Below are positions 48,888 to 58,629 of a DNA stretch of 64,000 nt, one piece after another (the first letter of the stretch is position 1; every line of letters begins with the position of its first letter). Location of the stretch: assembly GCA_029856125.1 (NCBI GenBank), contig JAHQWJ010000120.1:224001-288000 (forward strand), written 5' to 3'. The notes under the pieces were generated by a model. The model worked only from the letters and a program-made list of their open reading frames with translations. It ran no database searches and was not told where the DNA came from. The stretch comes from Promethearchaeia archaeon. GTDB lineage: Archaea > Asgardarchaeota > Lokiarchaeia > Sigyniarchaeales > SOKP01. Both the position numbers and the translations under genes were made by a program.

Positions 48888-49619
48888 TTAAGCCTTAGTA
48901 AGCTTCCTAACGCTAATTCTTTCAGTTCTCCTTATGTCACTCTTTCGAGATCGCTTGACATCAACTTCGACTACCTCAAAGTCTTCATCTTTAGTTACGA
49001 ATTCTGTATCCTCGCCTCCCTCTGGAACGCTTACCAATTTACATTTAATGATTGCACAGTTCGATAGTGGATAAATGGTTTTCGCAATTCTTACGATTTG
49101 ATTGGTAAATTCTTTATAAATCATTCCAGTAATGAACTTTTCATGGTTTAATGTTTTTGCGAATTCTATCAAAATTTCTCTCATGATTTTACGAATTATA
49201 ATTTGTTGCGAACTTCGGGCTCGGGCTATAGTAGTGCATATAATCGTTAACCTATAGACATATTCGTCTTTAGTAGTAAGATTAATTATGGTTTGAATCT
49301 TCGAGCTTCCTCTTCCGATCAAGGATCTAACATAATCGTTAGTATATGAATGCCCTAAAAATATAGATTGTGCTTGCTTTGCTTCTTGATTAACTTGTAC
49401 TACTTTGAATTTCAATTTTAGACTTACATCTTCGTAACGGTTTGAAAAATCATATAGTAAGGCTTCAATGGTTCTTCCGTTAAGGTTATTTTCCATTCCG
49501 ATTATTTCGCCAATAGGTTTAAAGTTGAAGCTTTTTGGGGCGATGACATTATACCATTCTTTATCTTTGAATGAAACTCTCCTTAATTTTGACTTCTTTT
49601 TTTTTGCTTTCTGACTCAT
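48888..49619 (-). CDS. rps3ae: Small-subunit ribosomal protein eS1 (S3Ae)
   Basis: KEWYNVIAPKSF, GRTIE, DYVRSL, TTKD, IRKIM, KTIYPL. Confidence 0.93.
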   Translation of the reverse strand: MSQKAKKKKSKLRRVSFKDKEWYNVIAPKSFNFKPIGEIIGMENNLNGRTIEALLYDFSNRYEDVSLKLKFKVVQVNQEAKQAQSIFLGHSYTNDYVRSLIGRGSSKIQTIINLTTKDEYVYRLTIICTTIARARSSQQIIIRKIMREILIEFAKTLNHEKFITGMIYKEFTNQIVRIAKTIYPLSNCAIIKCKLVSVPEGGEDTEFVTKDEDFEVVEVDVKRSRKSDIRRTERISVRKLTKA

Positions 49620-49627
49620 ACCTTAGT

Positions 49628-50086
49628 CTACCTCATCACGATTGTCCTAATTTTATCCGGGTCGTACTTAAAATCACTTGCTAGTACTTTTTTACTCTTG
49701 TAATACTTGATAAGTCTGTAAATCTTGCTTTCTGTACGTTGTAACCCCTTTTTCGAATCTAAATCTTTATGGTTTGTCTCCAGATGTTTTCTTAATATAA
49801 GCGCTTTTTTAACTAAATTAGTTAAGTCTTCTGGTAGAGGAGTTTCAATATCTTTTTCTTTAAGAATTTGTGAAATTGATTTGCCGGTGACTACTTTTAT
49901 TAAAGGGATGCCATAAGAATCTCTTAATATCACACCTATTAGGGATTGAGAAAAACCCTTCCTAGCAAGTTTAATGACCTCGTTTTCTACTTCTTCAGAA
50001 GAAAGTTCTACCCACACAGGTTTTTCTAATCTAGCCGGGCGTGTACTTCCAGACTTCCCTTTCTTTCTTGAGTGCATTCGAGCCAT
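49628..50086 (-). CDS. rps15: Small-subunit ribosomal protein uS15 (S15/S13e)
   Basis: MARMHSRKKGKSGS, IGVILRDSYGIP, PEDL, ESKIYRLIKYYK. Confidence 0.97.
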   Translation of the reverse strand: MARMHSRKKGKSGSTRPARLEKPVWVELSSEEVENEVIKLARKGFSQSLIGVILRDSYGIPLIKVVTGKSISQILKEKDIETPLPEDLTNLVKKALILRKHLETNHKDLDSKKGLQRTESKIYRLIKYYKSKKVLASDFKYDPDKIRTIVMR

Positions 50087-50227
50087 TTTTTGCGTCCTAC
50101 TTTATGAATAATTTAATAATAGTAATTTTATAGATGAACAATATAAAGAATCATGTAAATTAAAATTTTTGAATTTAATAATTAAAACCTTATTAATCTA
50201 AATATATCATAGGAAATTATTGTAATT

Positions 50228-50815
50228 ATGAAATATGAAAAAGAAATAATTTATTTTATTACTGGGAATAATCATAAATTTAAGGAAATTGCAAAATTGT
50301 TCCAAAAGGAAGAATTAGAATACGATTTAAAGCAGAAAACCGCTGCAACTATTGAAGTTCAAGCATCTAGTATTAAAGAAGTCGCTCTCTTTAAACTTAA
50401 AAGTGTAAAAACAAATTTTAATAACTCTTATTTTGTTGAGGATGCGGGGTTTTTTATTGATGTTCCTCTCAAAGGATTCCCAGGAGTATATTCCAAGTTT
50501 GTATTAAATACTATCGGTAACAAAGGTATACTGAACCTCATTAGCGATTATTTAAACACCGCTGCTCATTTTGAAGCAGTAATAGCTCTATATTTTCAAC
50601 CATTAGATAAAATATTTACCTTTGAGGGATCAGTTGAGGGAAAAGTTTCAAAAGAGATCAAAGGTACAAATGGATTTGGTTATGATCCTATTTTTATTCC
50701 TAATGAACTGCCTAATAATACTTTTGGTGAATTATCTACGGAAGAAAAAAATTCTATTTCACACAGAGCGAAAGCTTGGCAAAAGCTGTTAACTTTTCTC
50801 AGGGCGCACCAGTAA
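50228..50815 (+). CDS. rdgB: Non-canonical purine NTP pyrophosphatase (RdgB/HAM1)
   Basis: TGNNHKFKE, VEDAG, GFPGVYS, GFGYDPIF, KNSISHRAKA. Confidence 0.95.
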   Translation: MKYEKEIIYFITGNNHKFKEIAKLFQKEELEYDLKQKTAATIEVQASSIKEVALFKLKSVKTNFNNSYFVEDAGFFIDVPLKGFPGVYSKFVLNTIGNKGILNLISDYLNTAAHFEAVIALYFQPLDKIFTFEGSVEGKVSKEIKGTNGFGYDPIFIPNELPNNTFGELSTEEKNSISHRAKAWQKLLTFLRAHQ

Positions 50816-50820
50816 TTATT

Positions 50821-53787
50821 TTAAAAAGTTTGACGGAATATATCCATTACAGATTGTCTACTTAGTTTGATGAGGATTAAATACATCCCCAAAATCCCGA
50901 AGAAAATGGATAGGGAGAACACTCTAAACAAGACATCCAAAGGGATTGAGAATACAATAGGCATTTCTGTCAAAAGTCCTAAATTCGTTTCCATTAAGTA
51001 AGCACAAAAGGTACCGATTAAAGTCCCCATCGTTCCGCTACTCAACATAATAATTAAACTTTCAATCAAGAAGAGATTCCTTACGTTTCTTGTTTTCATA
51101 CCCATAGACCTTAGAATGCCAATTTCAAATTTTCTCTCCATCATTACTGCGTACATTGTGCTTACTAAACCAAAGATTGCTATAACAATTGCAAACCAAA
51201 GAACAACTTCCATTAAACTGCTTTGTCGATCAAACATAGATTGCATCATATTTACTTTTGTTATTGCGTCGTCAAGAAAATAATCTTTCCCTGTAGAAAT
51301 ATCTCGTATCTCATCTTTAGTATCTTCAATTATGGTTTCGGAATCATCTTCAAGCTTAATAAAAGCTTTATCAACAATCATTTTTGGGTCCCATTGATTT
51401 TTAACATCCATTAACCTCATGTAGTTTTCTAAAGAAACCATAATGCCTCCACCTTCAGCAGAAGCTTCTGTAGTTCTAAAGTTAAAAAATCCTGGCATTC
51501 CTCCGGAAATACCAACAACACGGAATAGAGTAATATTTCCAGGATCGTTCGGAATTTGAGGGTTGAAAAAAGTTAATCGAATGTATTCACCGACATCATC
51601 GATGCCGAAAACAGTCGCAAGAGACTTAGCAATGATGCATGTATTATTTTCGTTAAACAATTGACTAAATGAATAATTAAATCCGCTCCGTGGACTGCTC
51701 CAAATCATCAAATCATTATCCATTAATTTATAATAATTCCTCTCAATACCAATAAACCCGACCTCTAAATTGTCGAAATTTGCTATATCTCCGCCTTTTA
51801 CTTGATATTTTTCTTCCGCTTGTTCAGTGTAAAATTCAAAGATGTTTATAAAAGCATCATTAATAGAGTCCTCGTCAAAACCGCCTCCACTCTGGCTAAA
51901 GTCGAATAAAATCGATAAAACAGACGTTATATCAAACATGTTATATAATGACATAGCGATTTCATCTATTCCATCAATAGTTTTTAGGTCTTCAATCGTA
52001 TTGAGCGTAATTGCGTTAGTTTCGGGATTTACTCCTTGATTAATTAAAACTAAATCGGATCCATATTGAAATTTTAAATTAGTTGCCAAGTTCTGCGATT
52101 CCATCTCGGAAACGCTAGTGATAAAGAAAATGAAAGAAAAACTTATCGCAAACATCACAATTGTGCTTGTGTTCCTCCTCCTGTTTCTTTTTAGCGATAT
52201 TTTAATAATATGAGCATACTTCTTAATGAATGGCGTGAAAGCTCCAATTAATAGGCTTTGTATGATTGGTATAACCCCTACTGATGCGAAGACCAACCCA
52301 ATTAATATAGCCGCAATAAGTCCAATAAATAGACCGGCAATCATCATCATATCACCCGACACGAATATGCTTGGTAACAAGATAAACACTAGCATACCGA
52401 TAGTAGCAAGTGCTGAGCCCATTAGAAAATTTCTAACATTCATACTTCCCTCTTTCTTTACCTCCCACCCTTCTTCTTTCTTGTGAAACGGCGTAATTGA
52501 CTTAATAATATCAATTTTGGCAGTTTTTAAGGCAGGGATTAAAGAAATTACTAAAGAAACTATAGATCCTATGGAAAATGCTAAAATAACTGTTTGAGGT
52601 TGAATAACAAAGTCCATATTCTGTAGGGGAAAGTCTGTCAAAACGAAGAGTGCGCCCACAACTGGCGGTGTTCCGATAAGACCTACGATTATCCCTATAA
52701 TAGATCCTACCACTCCAATCATTACACCTTCAAAAACTACCATTTTTACAGGAAACATTTTCTTTCCTCCTACAACTCTTAAGATTCCATATTCTCTAAT
52801 TCTTTCTTCTGTAGATGTAGAAAGAATAGAATTTATTAAAATACCTGTAATAAGCATAGAAATAATCGTAATAAACCAAAAAATAATTGTCATACCCATT
52901 AGTAAAAACTGTTGAGCACTTATTTCCTGTAATTTCGGCATTGCTACGGTGTAAGCATTAGGATCTAGTCTTTGTTGAATTCGCGTACCTATTTCCCTAA
53001 TTTGTCGTTTAGTGAAATCAATATCGCTAACAACGTAAATTGATTGTGGATTTTTAATGGTGCCCATTATTAAGTTAATCTCTCCTTCGCGCTGCATAAA
53101 TGATTGAGCTTGTTCTAGATTTACGATAATTAATGCGTTTTCTAATTCAGTAAATTTTAAGTCTTGTTCGCAGATAGCCACAACCTCGACATCTAAAGAA
53201 TATTGCTGATAATTCATGTGGATTAAATCTCCGATACTCACATTTAGAAGCTCTGCAACTTTCCATAAAATAACACATTCTCCCATATTTGGTTCGGCAA
53301 CATAATTACTTCCCGTTTCAGTACCATTCTGATCTACCAAGTTTAAATATCCCATTTCTCCATTATTAACTTCTTTTAAGAAATCGATTCCATAAACTTG
53401 TAACGAACCATTCGAATCAGTATTATCAGAAGATACTTTCACAAGCATCATAATTCGTGGAAATAACTCATCCACACCCTCAATATCTGATAATTCATTA
53501 TCTATTAGTGATTCATCAAAAAAAGGATCAAATGTTAAATCTGTATTTACGGCTTTAGATATTAGTATATCGGAGCTTCCAGTGGTACTCGTTATAATCC
53601 CCATATAATTATAAGACATTGAATCGTTTATCATACCGATTGCGGTGAGAAGAATTATTGAAATTGTAATTCCGCTCAACCCAAACAAAACTTTTGCTCG
53701 ATCTTTTTTTATGTTTAACCAAGATTGTTGTAAAAATTGGATTCTGAGTTTTAACCTTAATTTATATAATATATTTTGTATACTCAC
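50821..53787 (-). CDS. FtsX/MacB-family ABC permease (internally duplicated)
   Basis: Two FtsX units (ERIREYGILRVVG; ERKFEIGILRSMG), each preceded by a large extracellular domain. Confidence 0.9.
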   Translation of the reverse strand: MSIQNILYKLRLKLRIQFLQQSWLNIKKDRAKVLFGLSGITISIILLTAIGMINDSMSYNYMGIITSTTGSSDILISKAVNTDLTFDPFFDESLIDNELSDIEGVDELFPRIMMLVKVSSDNTDSNGSLQVYGIDFLKEVNNGEMGYLNLVDQNGTETGSNYVAEPNMGECVILWKVAELLNVSIGDLIHMNYQQYSLDVEVVAICEQDLKFTELENALIIVNLEQAQSFMQREGEINLIMGTIKNPQSIYVVSDIDFTKRQIREIGTRIQQRLDPNAYTVAMPKLQEISAQQFLLMGMTIIFWFITIISMLITGILINSILSTSTEERIREYGILRVVGGKKMFPVKMVVFEGVMIGVVGSIIGIIVGLIGTPPVVGALFVLTDFPLQNMDFVIQPQTVILAFSIGSIVSLVISLIPALKTAKIDIIKSITPFHKKEEGWEVKKEGSMNVRNFLMGSALATIGMLVFILLPSIFVSGDMMMIAGLFIGLIAAILIGLVFASVGVIPIIQSLLIGAFTPFIKKYAHIIKISLKRNRRRNTSTIVMFAISFSFIFFITSVSEMESQNLATNLKFQYGSDLVLINQGVNPETNAITLNTIEDLKTIDGIDEIAMSLYNMFDITSVLSILFDFSQSGGGFDEDSINDAFINIFEFYTEQAEEKYQVKGGDIANFDNLEVGFIGIERNYYKLMDNDLMIWSSPRSGFNYSFSQLFNENNTCIIAKSLATVFGIDDVGEYIRLTFFNPQIPNDPGNITLFRVVGISGGMPGFFNFRTTEASAEGGGIMVSLENYMRLMDVKNQWDPKMIVDKAFIKLEDDSETIIEDTKDEIRDISTGKDYFLDDAITKVNMMQSMFDRQSSLMEVVLWFAIVIAIFGLVSTMYAVMMERKFEIGILRSMGMKTRNVRNLFLIESLIIMLSSGTMGTLIGTFCAYLMETNLGLLTEMPIVFSIPLDVLFRVFSLSIFFGILGMYLILIKLSRQSVMDIFRQTF

Positions 53788-53817
53788 TTTATCACGCTTT
53801 ACTTTCGATTGTGTTAA

Positions 53818-56800
53818 TTACCTATCTAAAATACTAAATTTTTTACTTTTATTTTCGAATTTTCTTAGAAAAATGCCATTTTCTTTTAATGATTCTTTTA
53901 TTTCTCCAATTTCTCGCCTAACTAATCTAACTCCTCGACATTTTTTGTTTTTACAGTAAAAATTCTCTTCTGGCTTATCTTTAAAATACCATTTACCGCA
54001 ATTTATACAGTTATAAGCAACATAAATTTGATCGTGATCGCACTTCGGGCACATATAGTTAAATTGACTTGATTCAAACCATGATTGACAATACTTGCAG
54101 TGGAGAATTAAGGGATTCTTGTATTCTTCTGAAGTTTCTATGATCTCTATTCTCTTAATGACTTGCTCTTTATCAAGTTCTTTTAACCTTAGTTTCTCCG
54201 CAAAGGTATTCCTACGGTGTCTGAAACTAAATTTACCATATTTTTCCGCTAAAACATAGGATATTATGCCAAGTATGATAACACTTACAATTATTAGCAA
54301 CCAAATTCCCCACGTTTGAAAATTCATTAACCCATTTTCTACTTCGACGTGAACTACTGATTCAGCTCTATTTCCTTCTGCATCGTAAGCAACGACCATT
54401 ACTATGTATGTCCCATCTAGAAATTGAGAAGTATCCCATTCAATACTTAAAACTCCGGTACCTTGATTGAAATTAAGCAAACTTCTATCAATCATCTCAT
54501 CGTTGATATATATATTTATACGAGTATCATCTATTTCAATATTATCGCTGATGTTTGCCTCAATTTTAGTAATTGAGTTGACAATTTCATCGTTTAGCGG
54601 TGTGCTAATTTCGATAGTAGGAGCGATGAAATCTGTGAATTTATCATAACCTAAATAGATATTTGATATTAACCATCCATAACCCAAGCCTGTTGTTATG
54701 TCATTGGAATGTAAAGTGAATTTGATTAAAACAATTTCATTGGAGTATTGCGAAATATCCAATGATTCGTTTCCTGCAAGATTTTCAGAATCAAAGTAGT
54801 ATTCTCTTAAATTATCCCAACTTTCTCCGTAATCACTTGAGATAGAAATTGTACACTTGTCAAGTTCGTCCTGTTCCAAAAAGAATTCATTCTGTAAAGA
54901 AATTTCATACGCAAAATTCAAGAAGACATCGTATTCATCTCTAAGATGTAAAGGATATGTTATTAGACTAGCTTCCCAATCGGGCTCATATCCTTGCGAG
55001 AGACTACCGTAACTTTGGCCTAATCCTCCATATATGAAGGGATTTCCAAAGCGATAATATAGATGCCAACTATTATCCCCTTTTAACCATTGCGTTAGCT
55101 CTTTTTGCATCGGATTTCCAGTGATATAATAATCCGATAAAGATGTAAGCGTATAATCGAACCCAATTAATTTGCCACTTTGATTTACATTAAATTCGTA
55201 AGCAATGGGATTTTGAAAATTAAATAAATTATTATCTTGATTAAAATAATTAGTAGAGTTGAAAAACTTACCATCGTATACATGAAACCTAAAAGTCAGA
55301 TTAGTAATATCGTTCAATACGAATGACTTTACAAATTTAATTCCACGAGAGTCAACGGAGCCTAAACTCGCGTTCCACGCGCCAAATATATTAATCATAG
55401 AATAATTCTGATTATTGATTTCAATAAATACATATTCAGGATAATTGTTATCGGAATCGAAGTAATTTAACGAAAAAGTGATTCTATCGTATTTAAATCC
55501 TTGAATATCGGATATGTTATCGTCTACATTAAAATCTATTTCAGGCGTTTGAAAGTTCGTATAGTTCTCTAGCGAGAAATAAGCCAACGCAAATCCTTTA
55601 TAGTTAATAGGATCGAAATCTTCATCTATTACAGCTACAAACCTAAATTGGACAAAATTTCCAATATATTGAGTTATATTTATTTCTTCTAAAAACCAGT
55701 CCCTTTCTTCACCTGAATAAATTCTTAACGTAATCCAGCCCGTCCAATTAGGATTTATCTGCAAAAACATGAAATCACCAGAATTTAAACTCGTTCTTAG
55801 CCCTATTTTAGCCAAAACTTGCGTATAGTTTTTATTGATGCTAGTTATATTAAACAAGGGGCTTCTTAACGATCCGTTAGGAAAGGGATTTGTTATGATA
55901 TATGGTTGGTATGTATAGTTTAATGGAAAATCATGGTCTCTACCGAAATACATTGCTGACCAGTTCTCAGAATATAAAGTGGAACGATTGTCATTCTGAT
56001 TACTTTGATTTAACATTCCCCAACCTGTTCCATTATATGACCATCCATTAAACCCATCGTTAAAATCGTGAACATATGGAAATGCCTCGCTATCATCTGG
56101 AAATTCGATATTGATACTTAATAACTCTGATAAAGGATATTTTGCATGATGAGATCCATCACTAGCGTTAAAATAGTAGTAATATTTCCCTGGTTTAGAA
56201 AATTTAACAAAATCGCTTCTAAAAACAGCTCCGTTAGTGTAATTGTCATCAAAAGCGAGAATTTGAGTCATTGCATACTTTTTTGAAGTATTTACAATAT
56301 ATAAGCATACTTCTTGAGGAGGTATATTTGAGGTATCGTTATCAAAATATTCTATGAAAAACCAATAATTATCAATAGTATAATTCTTAGCGGGTTCACT
56401 TCCATAAAATTCTTGGAGGCTAATAACTGTATCATTTTTTGCCCCCCCGAAATAATTAATCTCGGTCATTTTTAACTCGGGAGCGAAATTATTATTCACG
56501 CTAGAAACATTCAAGGTAAAGTTACTTTTTCCTGAAATAGCTTTAACAATTAATATACATTCTGTTTGGTTATGCTTTGGAGTGAAGTAGAAGAAATCTG
56601 AGTCCCCATACCACTTTTGTGCTGCTTGTAATAACAAGGGTTCTCCAAACCGATTTGATTCATTTGCATATAGAAATAAATCTAAATCTGCGTTACCATC
56701 CACATTTGATAGATTGAAACTATATTGAGTGTCTTCAAGTAAATGTATTTTTCTTGCAAACACATGATTTTCCAAGGGATTTAATTCTGAACTTGTCAAT

Positions 56801-58629
56801 TCGTAATTAATAGGTTCATTTATCTCAATTTCTTTGGTTAAGGCATCAATAGCCGCTTGAGTGTTCAATCTTCCGTACCCTTCATGTACATCTTTCAGGT
56901 TATTTAATAATCCATTAAAAAGATTTGGTGAGTAATCACTTTCATCTATTTCTGTTTTAGGATCATCCTCTCTTTCGAGATTTGTTTCTGATGCGGTCAT
57001 GAGTAATATAGCTTTTAACATTTTTACCCATTTAGTAAGATTCTGGTTATTCCATTCAGTCCAACTCCCCCATTTCGCATCTATTAATATGTTAATTACT
57101 GCAGAAACGATTGCTGTTGATATTGAAGTCCCGATTAAAGCGGTTGTATCATTAGATTTTCCATCTGCACTTACAATTGAGCGATGACTTGGTATTGTAC
57201 TACCTCCTGGCGCAACAATATCAGGTTTCAGAATGTTTTCTCCGACATTTCGTCCCATGCTGCTGTAAGAAGTTATCATGTCTTCATCGTTGATCGCACC
57301 AACAACTATTGCATTTTTATTAATACCTAAACTGTTAAATGGCTTAGCACCTTCGATTCCATTATTCCCCGCAGCAATAACTACTATAATATGATTTTTA
57401 ATGACTTGATCAATTACAGCATTAATCGCAGTTACATCTTCTCCTATTGTTCCGATGCTTAAACACACGGAAATTATTTGATATATTGTTCTGTTTTGGA
57501 TCACGCTTGCCATTGCCGATATTAAGTCTGATACATACCCTTGCCCTGAACTATTTACGACTCTATAACTCAAAATTTTGGTAGCGTTAGCGATTCCATT
57601 AAAATGATTATAGTCCTCATAATAAGATTCGGGAAAAAATGACATAGATGAGTTGAAAGAAAAGGCTGGAGTAGTATTACTTTTTTTATGATATTTAATA
57701 TAAACATCATAAATTCCTCTTTTATCAGGGGCGACATTGTGTATAATTGAATAGATTTGATTAGGATTTTGAATGGTACTAGAATTAACCAATGTAGAAT
57801 TATAAAACAATTCCAGCCAAAAAGTATCTATTTCATTTGTCTGATAATCGAAGCTGGAATTTATTCCAATTTTTGTGCTACTTTTTGACATATTTACAGT
57901 GAGAATTTTAAAAGTATAATTTTTTGAAGGTAAATAATCCTCAAATAACTCCAAATGTGTGTAATTTCCATATAAATTAATAAAAGAAGGGCTGCTAGAT
58001 TCATTGGTGAGGACGCCAGTACCTGCAATAACAGAGGATATGAAAGTTCCGTGGCCGTTTCTATCAGAGATCAAATCGTTATCGACAAAATTCTGCCAAC
58101 CTACAACTTTATTTTGTAAAAAAGCTTGATTAGGATTAATGCCACTATCTAAAACTGCGATAGAGGAATCAGTGTCACCATTATAACCATTATTATACCA
58201 AGTGGCATTAACTGATTGTGTTTGAGCGCTAGCATAATTCATCTGAACTTCAATAATTTCATCGGTATCGATATTAATATCGGGAAATTCATTCTTATAT
58301 AAAGATAAATTAACTAAAGGGATTGTTCCAGCAAATCCTGAGAAATCATTAAATAACCCATTCCAATCTTCATGCTCTTTTAAAATACCACCATAAGACA
58401 CAAATCTAATCTTTGCGCTATTATTATAATTTGTATTATTAAAAAAAACTATTACATTTTTGTTACCACTGTTTGATGTGCGTAGTGTATCTGAGAATTC
58501 TTTTTGTTTTACGAGTTTCACACCGTTTAAATCTAAAGTTTGAAATTCTAAAAGAAAACTAGTACCGATATTTAATCCGAGGATAAGAAGTAAGATAACA
58601 AGATATTTTGATACTTTTTTCATGTTCAA
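53818..58629 (-). CDS. Membrane-anchored S8 subtilase with repeated beta-domains and a cytoplasmic zinc-finger tail
   Basis: Signal peptide; IAVLDSG, GHGT, AAGN, KPDIVAPG, GTS; Ig-like WDT...DG.Y domain; TM; then CKYC, CPKC, CINC, CKNKKC. Start is TTG 58629 or ATG 58623. Confidence 0.9.
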   Translation of the reverse strand: MNMKKVSKYLVILLLILGLNIGTSFLLEFQTLDLNGVKLVKQKEFSDTLRTSNSGNKNVIVFFNNTNYNNSAKIRFVSYGGILKEHEDWNGLFNDFSGFAGTIPLVNLSLYKNEFPDINIDTDEIIEVQMNYASAQTQSVNATWYNNGYNGDTDSSIAVLDSGINPNQAFLQNKVVGWQNFVDNDLISDRNGHGTFISSVIAGTGVLTNESSSPSFINLYGNYTHLELFEDYLPSKNYTFKILTVNMSKSSTKIGINSSFDYQTNEIDTFWLELFYNSTLVNSSTIQNPNQIYSIIHNVAPDKRGIYDVYIKYHKKSNTTPAFSFNSSMSFFPESYYEDYNHFNGIANATKILSYRVVNSSGQGYVSDLISAMASVIQNRTIYQIISVCLSIGTIGEDVTAINAVIDQVIKNHIIVVIAAGNNGIEGAKPFNSLGINKNAIVVGAINDEDMITSYSSMGRNVGENILKPDIVAPGGSTIPSHRSIVSADGKSNDTTALIGTSISTAIVSAVINILIDAKWGSWTEWNNQNLTKWVKMLKAILLMTASETNLEREDDPKTEIDESDYSPNLFNGLLNNLKDVHEGYGRLNTQAAIDALTKEIEINEPINYELTSSELNPLENHVFARKIHLLEDTQYSFNLSNVDGNADLDLFLYANESNRFGEPLLLQAAQKWYGDSDFFYFTPKHNQTECILIVKAISGKSNFTLNVSSVNNNFAPELKMTEINYFGGAKNDTVISLQEFYGSEPAKNYTIDNYWFFIEYFDNDTSNIPPQEVCLYIVNTSKKYAMTQILAFDDNYTNGAVFRSDFVKFSKPGKYYYYFNASDGSHHAKYPLSELLSINIEFPDDSEAFPYVHDFNDGFNGWSYNGTGWGMLNQSNQNDNRSTLYSENWSAMYFGRDHDFPLNYTYQPYIITNPFPNGSLRSPLFNITSINKNYTQVLAKIGLRTSLNSGDFMFLQINPNWTGWITLRIYSGEERDWFLEEINITQYIGNFVQFRFVAVIDEDFDPINYKGFALAYFSLENYTNFQTPEIDFNVDDNISDIQGFKYDRITFSLNYFDSDNNYPEYVFIEINNQNYSMINIFGAWNASLGSVDSRGIKFVKSFVLNDITNLTFRFHVYDGKFFNSTNYFNQDNNLFNFQNPIAYEFNVNQSGKLIGFDYTLTSLSDYYITGNPMQKELTQWLKGDNSWHLYYRFGNPFIYGGLGQSYGSLSQGYEPDWEASLITYPLHLRDEYDVFLNFAYEISLQNEFFLEQDELDKCTISISSDYGESWDNLREYYFDSENLAGNESLDISQYSNEIVLIKFTLHSNDITTGLGYGWLISNIYLGYDKFTDFIAPTIEISTPLNDEIVNSITKIEANISDNIEIDDTRINIYINDEMIDRSLLNFNQGTGVLSIEWDTSQFLDGTYIVMVVAYDAEGNRAESVVHVEVENGLMNFQTWGIWLLIIVSVIILGIISYVLAEKYGKFSFRHRRNTFAEKLRLKELDKEQVIKRIEIIETSEEYKNPLILHCKYCQSWFESSQFNYMCPKCDHDQIYVAYNCINCGKWYFKDKPEENFYCKNKKCRGVRLVRREIGEIKESLKENGIFLRKFENKSKKFSILDR

